DNA of 32,940 nt from a virus. The translations under genes and the position numbers were made by a program. The stretch is taken from IMG/VR virus record IMGVR_UViG_3300012933_000178, positions 1 through 32,940 of that record. One strand, 5' to 3'. Positions 7,144 to 13,583 of this stretch are shown here, piece by piece. The first letter of the stretch is position 1. Each line of letters begins with the position of its first letter. The notes below the pieces were generated by a model. That model was given only the letters and a program-made list of their open reading frames with translations, had not been told where the DNA came from and did not search any database.

Positions 7144-8068
7144 CGTGGTCGCCTTTGAGCTGCCAAAGAAGCCACGCATCAAGCAGAAGGACGCGCCACC
7201 AGACCAGCGCAAGGTCTGTGTGCTGCCGATCCGCGCCATCACGGATCAGGCCATCACCGACAACATGCTGCGGATCTTGGCCGTGCTGTGCAGCTACTGC
7301 AACCGAGCTGGGCTGACATGGGTGAGCCAGAAGAAGCTGGCCGAAGACATGAAGGTGAGCCGCCAGGCCATCACAAAGCAGCTTGGCAAGCTGACAGCTG
7401 CTGGATATGTGGAAGTGGTGCGCAAAGGCTTCAGAGGCGAGCGCTCAAACACAGTCAGGGTGATCTTTGACCCAACGGTCAAGGCAGAGGATGCCATCGC
7501 CATCACCAGCTCATTGGAAGACACCAGACCACCAGCAATCAAGGAGGAACAGATGAGAGAAGCAGAAGAGATCGACCGTGCAGGTCAGGCCAAGATCGCC
7601 CAGATGTTGGCCAAGGGATTGAGCAGACAGATTAACCAACCGAAGGAGAGAACCATGCCAAAAGAAGGCGACACACTAGCAGTCAAGAAGATGAAGGAAG
7701 ACATCCAAAAAGCCAAGAGGAAGCGCACTCCATTAGCAACCACTGAGGTTGCCAATGTGACTGTCCAAGAAGTTGCCAATGAAGAGCTCCATAGGCAACC
7801 ACATAGGCAACCCAATGAGGTAGCGCAGAACTCAGAAGAACACAGTAATAGAGAGACATATAAGAGTAAGAATAATAAAGAAGATATTAATAAATCTATT
7901 GTTATGGCAACCGAACAAGTTGAAATGTTGAAGAGTCAAGGACTGACAGATCGGGACATCGCTGAAGGCTTGGACATCCTGACTGCAGCCTACAAAGCCG
8001 AGGGTCTGACACCCAAGAGCCAGCAGTTGGTTGAAGGTCTGCTGCAGATGCACAGGGATGCACGATGA
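7124..8068 (+). CDS. Winged-helix (MarR/replication-O-like) DNA-binding protein; putative replication initiator (314 aa).
   Basis: wHTH segment: TWVSQKKLAEDMKVSRQAITKQLGKLTAAGYVEVV. A K/E/N-rich linker is encoded by the AT-rich tract, followed by a C-terminal helical domain. This is the only replication-type gene seen. Confidence 0.55.
   Translation: MNALPNNVVAFELPKKPRIKQKDAPPDQRKVCVLPIRAITDQAITDNMLRILAVLCSYCNRAGLTWVSQKKLAEDMKVSRQAITKQLGKLTAAGYVEVVRKGFRGERSNTVRVIFDPTVKAEDAIAITSSLEDTRPPAIKEEQMREAEEIDRAGQAKIAQMLAKGLSRQINQPKERTMPKEGDTLAVKKMKEDIQKAKRKRTPLATTEVANVTVQEVANEELHRQPHRQPNEVAQNSEEHSNRETYKSKNNKEDINKSIVMATEQVEMLKSQGLTDRDIAEGLDILTAAYKAEGLTPKSQQLVEGLLQMHRDAR
7731..7912. repeat. Iteron-like repeat cluster plus AT-rich tract; putative origin of replication inside the initiator gene.
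   Basis: The 11-mer CAT(T/A)(G/A)GCAACC occurs at 7731-7741, 7790-7800 and 7802-7812. It is inverted at 7747-7757 and 7771-7781, with a partial copy at 7902-7912. The tract at about 7841-7905 is roughly one quarter G+C by my count. Confidence 0.45.
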
Positions 8069-8450
8069 TGCAATGCCTCAAGTACGCACGGAAAGGCACC
8101 TACAAGCCACGATCACACCATGGTCTAGGCAAGGGTAGCCATCCAATGCTTCAGCGCGTTGTAGAGCCTGCAATCCGTGGCTGTACAAAACCCAAACCAA
8201 CGTATGGGATTTGGACGTGCTGTGCGTGTGCGCAGGCAGGGGGATCTGCGACGTGTCTGCCTAGAGCGCAACCCAACCACAACGCGCATGTCAACGCGCA
8301 CGGTATCGCGCTGCGCCCGCTCGCGGACAAAGGCACCCTTTGCCCCCCTACCCCACACCTAGCGCTGCGGGTATCCCCCACAATTTTTCCCCACTTTTTT
8401 AGCCCTGCACGGGGTTGAACAATAATCCATCAACTAAAGGAGTATTTGAG

Positions 8451-8741
8451 ATGGCATACGAGATGAGAGCTGGCAGCGGGTCTGCCTTCAAGAACGACAA
8501 GAAGACTGAGGACTGGCATCCTGCCTACAAGGGCAAGATCATGCTGCCTGATGGGTCTGTGCATTGGTTGGATGTTTCGCCAAAGAAGACCAGTGCTGGG
8601 GCTACTTGGTTTGCCATAAAGATTGGCAACCCTGTCCAGCAGCAGGCTGGTGGTGGCATGGTCTTGGACGACCACAACAAGGCGAAGGCCAATGGATATA
8701 TGCCACCTGCGGTTGAGCTTGATGACGATATTCCATTCTGA
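8451..8741 (+). CDS. Small SSB-like protein (96 aa) ending in the bacterial SSB C-terminal tip DDDIPF.
   Basis: The C-terminus ...AVELDDDIPF is identical to the E. coli SSB tip. The body is predicted beta-rich, followed by a Gly/Gln linker. AAGGAG lies 8 nt upstream of ATG 8451. Confidence 0.5.
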   Translation: MAYEMRAGSGSAFKNDKKTEDWHPAYKGKIMLPDGSVHWLDVSPKKTSAGATWFAIKIGNPVQQQAGGGMVLDDHNKAKANGYMPPAVELDDDIPF

Positions 8742-9193
8742 TGGCCACCAGATCCAAACTCAGTGAGCAGATCCCCAGCGTGAAAAACTGGGGTGGCATC
8801 CGTTCGATTGAGCGTCGGATGGAAAGGTCAGCAACGATTGTGCAAAACCGTGAGGCGGTGGCCTATACGCTGCTGTGCATGGCCAACACCAAGCTGACCG
8901 ACATCATGCAGTGGGATGAGCAGGGCAACATCCAGGTGAAGGCGTCCAAGGACATCCCAGAGCATGCGCTGCAGGCGATCAAGAGCATCAAGGTCAATGA
9001 GCGTGCCGACAAAGACGGCAACGTGACCCGCACGCTGGACATCGAGCTGTACGACAAGGTGGGCGTCTTGCGCCTGCTGGCCAAGGCGTCTGGCCTGCTG
9101 GACAACCCAGATGAGGGTGAGAACAAGCCAAGCGTGATTGACGTGAACGTGATCTCGCCCAACCAAGCACGGGGTGGCCATGACGAAGGATGA
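8741..9193 (+). CDS. terS: Terminase small subunit (Terminase_2-like, 150 aa).
   Basis: The C-terminal motif IELYDKVGVLRLLAKASGLL resembles the Terminase_2 signature. It lies upstream of terL. TGATG overlap with the preceding gene. Confidence 0.65.
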   Translation: MATRSKLSEQIPSVKNWGGIRSIERRMERSATIVQNREAVAYTLLCMANTKLTDIMQWDEQGNIQVKASKDIPEHALQAIKSIKVNERADKDGNVTRTLDIELYDKVGVLRLLAKASGLLDNPDEGENKPSVIDVNVISPNQARGGHDEG

Positions 9194-9419
9194 AGTAATC
9201 AAACTGGCCAATGACATGGCTTTCATGGCCTGCATCTGGATTGACGATGAAGGCAATGAGATCAATGACCTGGTGAAGTTTGCCAATCTGGTCGCAGCTG
9301 CAGAGCGTGAGGCGTGTGCACGGTTTATTGAAAACGGCTATGTGCGTCAGTTCTATCAGCCTTGGCGAAAAGACCTGGCCGCCGAAATCAGAGCAAGGGG
9401 TGGCCATGAAGCCGAGTGA
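9180..9419 (+). CDS. Hypothetical acidic protein (79 aa), paralog of 6552-6866, inserted between terS and terL.
   Basis: See the paralog motifs listed for 6552-6866. It is flanked by the 13-nt direct repeat ggggtggccatga (9171-9183 and 9397-9409). Confidence 0.6.
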   Translation: MTKDEVIKLANDMAFMACIWIDDEGNEINDLVKFANLVAAAEREACARFIENGYVRQFYQPWRKDLAAEIRARGGHEAE

Positions 9420-9666
9420 CGACCCGCGCTGCCCATTCAACTGGCGGCATCCTGACTACGTTCCGATCATTGACTGGTCTGACTTGGTGAAGGCTGACAA
9501 ATACAGCGCTTCGTCGTCAAAGATCGTCAATGACCAGCGCGGCAAGGGTAAGGCTGCTGGGACAATCCACGGCATTGGCAAGGGAATTCCACGCAGTCTT
9601 GACCCGCGCAACTTCCACATATTTTCAAAGGCAGTACCCAATGGCAAGAACAAAAGAGCAAAGTGA
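9406..9666 (+). CDS. Hypothetical basic protein (86 aa).
   Basis: ATG 9406 is preceded by GGGGTGG. It overlaps the terL start by 26 nt. No motif recognised. Confidence 0.45.
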   Translation: MKPSDDPRCPFNWRHPDYVPIIDWSDLVKADKYSASSSKIVNDQRGKGKAAGTIHGIGKGIPRSLDPRNFHIFSKAVPNGKNKRAK

Positions 9667-11194
9667 CAAAAGCATCGCGCCAGCTGGCCTGAAGCTCGAC
9701 TTCAGCGAGTCACCAGTCATCTATGACTTCATCCAGTCCAATGCCTTTGTGCAGGGCTTGATGGGGCCAGTGGGGTCTGGCAAGTCTTACGGCTGCTGCG
9801 GCAAGATCTTCATCAAGGCTGTGCAGCAAAAGCCTTCACCGATTGACAACATTCGATATTCACGCTGGGCCGTGGTGCGCAACAGTTATCCAATGCTGAA
9901 GACCACCACCATCAAGACCTGGCTGGATCTCTTCCCTGAGTCAACCTTTGGCCCAATGCTGTGGACGCCACCGATCACCCACCACATTCGCTTGCCTGCC
10001 CGTGGCGACGCAGCTGGCATTGACTGTGAAGTGATCTTCTTGGCCCTTGATCAGCCCAAGGACGTGCGCAAGCTGCTGTCACTTGAGCTGACAGGCGCAT
10101 GGGTCAATGAGGCGCGTGAGCTGCCCAAGGCTGTGATCGACGGCTTGACCCACCGTGTTGGCCGATACCCAACCAAGCGCGACGGTGGCGCTACCTGGCA
10201 CGGCATCCTGATGGACACCAACCCCATGGATGACGACCACTGGTGGCACAACATGGCCGAGAAGGAAAAGATGACGGGCAAGTACGCCTGGAAGTTTTGG
10301 AAGCAGCCAGGCGGCGTGATCCCTGTTGACACAGAGGACTTGCCTGACATGCCAGAGGCCAACGACCACATCTTCAGCGCTGGCAAGTGGTGGAAGCTAA
10401 ACCCAAAGGCAGAAAACATCAACAACCTGCCTGGTGGCTACTACCAGCAGATGCTGCTTGGCAAGAATCTGGACTGGATTCGTTGCTATGCAGGCGGTGA
10501 GTACACCTATGTGCAAGAAGGCAGACCCGTCTGGCCAGAATATGACGACTCCACTATGTCTGGTGACACCGTGGTTGACCCGAATGTGCCCATCCAGGTC
10601 GGTCTTGACTTCGGTTTGACGCCTGCAGCCACCATTGGCCAGCGTTTGCCCAATGGCCGTTGGATCATTCTGGATGAAATCGTCACTTTCGACATGGGCT
10701 TGGAGCGTTTTGGCACCCAGCTGCTGGCAGATCTCAATGCCAAGTACCCAAACCACCAGGTTTTGCTGTGGGGCGACCCTGCTGGCATGGCGCGTGACGC
10801 GATTTATGAGGTGACTAGCTTTGATTTCCTGCGCACGCTGGGTCTGAAGGCGCAGCCGACAGCGTCAAACGACTTCAAGGTGCGACGTGAGGCGTCTGCC
10901 GCACCGATGCAGCGCCTGATCAACGGGAAACCTGGCCTGATTGTCAGCCGCAACTGCAAGATGCTGCGCAAAGCGCTGGGCGGTGGGTATCACTTTAAGC
11001 GCGTGGCCGTCGGAGCTGGGCAAGAACGCTTCCGCGACGCGCCAAACAAGAACGAGCACTCACACATTGGCGACTCCTTCGGCTATCTGATGCTGGGTGG
11101 TGGAGAATACAACCGAATGACACGCACACACTCGCTTGGTGGCCGGCCACCCATGCAGTCTGTGGCCACAATGGACTTTGATGTGTTTGGTTGA
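9641..11194 (+). CDS. terL: Terminase large subunit (517 aa).
   Basis: Walker A GPVGSGKS and a Walker B-like LTGAWVNEARE. The C-terminal nuclease-like region contains VGLDFG and HIGDSFGY. The ORF-track extension from 9530 looks non-coding. Confidence 0.88.
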   Translation: MARTKEQSDKSIAPAGLKLDFSESPVIYDFIQSNAFVQGLMGPVGSGKSYGCCGKIFIKAVQQKPSPIDNIRYSRWAVVRNSYPMLKTTTIKTWLDLFPESTFGPMLWTPPITHHIRLPARGDAAGIDCEVIFLALDQPKDVRKLLSLELTGAWVNEARELPKAVIDGLTHRVGRYPTKRDGGATWHGILMDTNPMDDDHWWHNMAEKEKMTGKYAWKFWKQPGGVIPVDTEDLPDMPEANDHIFSAGKWWKLNPKAENINNLPGGYYQQMLLGKNLDWIRCYAGGEYTYVQEGRPVWPEYDDSTMSGDTVVDPNVPIQVGLDFGLTPAATIGQRLPNGRWIILDEIVTFDMGLERFGTQLLADLNAKYPNHQVLLWGDPAGMARDAIYEVTSFDFLRTLGLKAQPTASNDFKVRREASAAPMQRLINGKPGLIVSRNCKMLRKALGGGYHFKRVAVGAGQERFRDAPNKNEHSHIGDSFGYLMLGGGEYNRMTRTHSLGGRPPMQSVATMDFDVFG

Positions 11195-11208
11195 TGTCTC
11201 TGTGATAT

Positions 11209-11239
11209 ACGTGGGGTTGCATTGTGTGCAACGCCACGT
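11209..11239 (+). other. Imperfect 13-bp inverted repeat (RNA stem-loop candidate) just downstream of terL.
   Basis: ACGTGGGGTTGCA, loop TTGTG, then TGCAACGCCACGT, with one G-G mismatch. No T-run follows. Confidence 0.4.
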
Positions 11240-11274
11240 AGAATTGAGCGCAATCGCAACATGAGGGGCTTGCA

Positions 11275-12174
11275 ATGAAGCAAACAACGAAGAGCAGAGA
11301 GAAGCGCTCACTGCTGAAAGAGGCGGCAGCTGATGGCCGTGGCAATGACAGCATGATGGCCCACGTCGCCAAGGGTGAGATCGTCATCCCTGTCGAGTTG
11401 GCAAACCATCCTGAATTAAAAAAGGTACTTGCTCAAGGTTTTGAAGCGTTGGGAACAAGTGTTGACAACTACACCGTCGGCCATGAAAAAAACAGCAAGA
11501 ACCCTGAGACTGGTCAGCCTGAATTTTTGTCATTGAGTAGTTTTGCTGGAACTATTGCCGGTGGAACAATTGGCTTCTTTGTTGGTGGCCCAGCTGGTGC
11601 TGTAACTGGCGCAAAGATTGGTGCTGGTGTTGACGTTACACGCGCCGCAATAGATAACGCTGCAGCCGCACGCGAGCAAGCCGCACAAGCACAGGCACAA
11701 GCTCTGGAAGCTGCACGCCAAGCGCGTGAGCAGGCAGCTCAACAATCACAAGCTGCATTGGCCCAGGCTGCTGCAGATGCTGCTGCCGCTCGAAAGATCC
11801 AGGTTGATGCGCTTAATGCGCAAAAGTCTGATGCTGCATCTCGTTTGCAGCAGCTGCAACTGTCTTCGCAACAACAAGCGCAGTTAATGCAAAACCTGAC
11901 AGCTCAACAACAGCAGGCTGCAAACGCTGCAATGTTGCAGCTCAATGAGCAGCAGAAACAATACCAAGAGCAAAAATTATCAATGGAGAAAGCTGCTTCC
12001 GATCAAGCTGCTGCGCTGCAAGAAGAGCGTCGCAAGGTCGCAGAGCGTGAGTCTGCACAGATGACAGCACGCCGTAGAAGTGGACGTCGTTCACTTTTGT
12101 CTGAAGCTCGTCTGACACCAGAGGTAGGCGTGATTGGACAAGAGGAAGCGCCAAAAGTATTGCTCGGAGCCTAA
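11275..12174 (+). CDS. Hypothetical protein (299 aa) with a conserved N-terminal module, a glycine-zipper segment and a long Gln/Ala coiled coil.
   Basis: Segments in order: MAHVAKGEIVIP...NPETGQPEF, then GGTIGFFVGGPAGAVTGAKIGAG, then about 150 aa of Q/A-rich heptads. The basic tail is RRRSGRRSLLSEA. GAGGGG RBS. Confidence 0.7.
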   Translation: MKQTTKSREKRSLLKEAAADGRGNDSMMAHVAKGEIVIPVELANHPELKKVLAQGFEALGTSVDNYTVGHEKNSKNPETGQPEFLSLSSFAGTIAGGTIGFFVGGPAGAVTGAKIGAGVDVTRAAIDNAAAAREQAAQAQAQALEAARQAREQAAQQSQAALAQAAADAAAARKIQVDALNAQKSDAASRLQQLQLSSQQQAQLMQNLTAQQQQAANAAMLQLNEQQKQYQEQKLSMEKAASDQAAALQEERRKVAERESAQMTARRRSGRRSLLSEARLTPEVGVIGQEEAPKVLLGA

Positions 12175-12175
12175 G

Positions 12176-12934
12176 ATGGCAGACAAGTATGAATTGATCA
12201 AAGCCTACGTCGAAGAGAATAAGGCAGACCCACAAAAAATTGCAGCGTCTGCAATTCAGAATAATATTTCTGTGCTTGATTTGATGCAGGCAACAGGATA
12301 CAACAAGGCTGAAATTGAGGGTTACTTTGGTCAAGCAAATGTTGCAAACAAACCAGTAACAGCTACTGCTGAACAACTTGCTGCAACATCAAAAGAGCTT
12401 GGTCTTGATCCTGTTGTTGCTCAAATGCGAGCAGCAAATATACCTGATGCTGAAATCAATACATATCTTGAGACAGCAGCTATTGCAACGACACAAGCAA
12501 AAGTAGATCAGATGAACGCAACAAAGCAATTCACTGATACACAAGCAGAGCTTGAGTCTATGTCTCAACAAGAGATGGCAATTATCAGACAACAGCAAGC
12601 TGATTTTGAAGCCGCGCAGCAACGCCTGGCAGAGCAAGCTGCGGCTCAAGCTGCTGCTGCAAAGGCAGAGCAAGAGCGCCTTGCTGCTGAAGCTGCTGCC
12701 TATCAAAAACAAGCAGAAGAAAAAGCCGCTCAGATCAAAAGAGAAAGCGAAGACTTTGAGCGCACAACAGCAGAGCGCGATGTCGCACGCAAACGAGTTG
12801 GTCGATCTACTGTTGCGCGTCCATTGCTTGCCGGCGCATCAATGCCTGATAGAGCGCAAACACTTGGAGTTGGCGGTGGCATGGCCACAGGTCAGGCGCT
12901 TGGCGCAACTGGAACTTTGGGAGTTGGTGGATGA
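12176..12934 (+). CDS. Hypothetical Gln/Ala/Glu coiled-coil protein (252 aa).
   Basis: GGAG lies 8 nt upstream of ATG 12176. The Q/A/E-rich helix and the basic tail KRVGRSTVARPLLAGA resemble the preceding gene. The C-terminus is Gly-rich. Confidence 0.65.
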   Translation: MADKYELIKAYVEENKADPQKIAASAIQNNISVLDLMQATGYNKAEIEGYFGQANVANKPVTATAEQLAATSKELGLDPVVAQMRAANIPDAEINTYLETAAIATTQAKVDQMNATKQFTDTQAELESMSQQEMAIIRQQQADFEAAQQRLAEQAAAQAAAAKAEQERLAAEAAAYQKQAEEKAAQIKRESEDFERTTAERDVARKRVGRSTVARPLLAGASMPDRAQTLGVGGGMATGQALGATGTLGVGG

Positions 12935-13101
12935 AAACCAAAACTGAAAAAGTAATGCACGAATTCAAACAGGGCAAACTGATGTCAAGCTCTGGTGACA
13001 AAGTAACCAACCCAAAGCAAGCCATTGCCATTGCCTTGTCTGAGCAGCAACGCTCACGCACAAAGCGCAAGGATGGATTGATGAAAGAAGCAAAGGTCTG
13101 A
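12931..13101 (+). CDS. Small conserved-looking basic protein (56 aa; below the ORF-track cutoff).
   Basis: Hand translation: MKTKTEKVMHEFKQGKLMSSSGDKVTNPKQAIAIALSEQQRSRTKRKDGLMKEAKV. The pattern MHEFK.GKL.S..G.KV....QAIAIALSE resembles a widespread small bacterial/phage family (DUF6496-like, from memory). ATGA overlap upstream. Confidence 0.5.
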   Translation: MKTKTEKVMHEFKQGKLMSSSGDKVTNPKQAIAIALSEQQRSRTKRKDGLMKEAKV

Positions 13102-13103
13102 CC

Positions 13104-13583
13104 ATGGCAACAAGAGGCATGCTCGCGGAAGTCGAGCTCGAAAAAGATGAAGGCGAGATGATTGGCGGCACATGCCCAGAAGTCTTGCGCAACAAACAGA
13201 TGAGCATCAAGAACCATCGCATCTGCATCACCAAAGCTGACTTAGGCCCAGCAAACCCACGCATGCCAGAAGTGTTTTTCTGGTTGGCAAAGTCTGCCAA
13301 GTGGAACGTAAGCGAGAACGCTGCGCGTGAGATGGTTTGCGGAAACTGCGGTTACTACGTGAAGACCAAATTCATTGACGATTGCATGAAAAAATACGAG
13401 CAAGTCACGCCACCCGAAGTTGATCAAGCATGGGTTGACACTGGCGACGGTGGTGGCTATTGCACTGAGTGGGACATCCCTTGCACGGCCAGCCGTACAT
13501 GCGACACATGGGAGCCAGGTGGCCCGATCACTGATGCAAAGAAAACAAACCCGTTTGAAGGATTGAACAATGGCGACGAATAA
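13104..13583 (+). CDS. Hypothetical Cys-rich protein (159 aa), possibly metal- or cluster-binding.
   Basis: CGNCGYY-x10-C ... GGGYCTEWDIPCTASRTCDTWEP. It overlaps the portal start by 14 nt. Confidence 0.6.
   Translation: MATRGMLAEVELEKDEGEMIGGTCPEVLRNKQMSIKNHRICITKADLGPANPRMPEVFFWLAKSAKWNVSENAAREMVCGNCGYYVKTKFIDDCMKKYEQVTPPEVDQAWVDTGDGGGYCTEWDIPCTASRTCDTWEPGGPITDAKKTNPFEGLNNGDE

Noticed and set aside
8065-8418. 117-aa plus-strand ORF with an ATGATG overlap to the initiator stop.
   Set aside because: Its composition is Cys/His/Pro/Arg-rich. Three other ORFs on both strands overlap it, and the region carries DNA-level repeats. I treat it as non-coding, though translation is not excluded.
8069-8450. 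tRNA or other known small RNA gene in the non-coding gap.
   Set aside because: I found no cloverleaf-compatible arms or T-loop consensus (GGTTCGAATCC-like) by eye. Only short 6-bp hairpins are present. A covariance-model search is needed to be sure.
9530-9640. N-terminal extension of terL (ORF-track start at 9530).
   Set aside because: The extension is Arg/Ala/Leu/Thr-rich and non-protein-like, and it overlaps ORF 9406-9666. ATG 9641 gives a typical TerL N-terminus.
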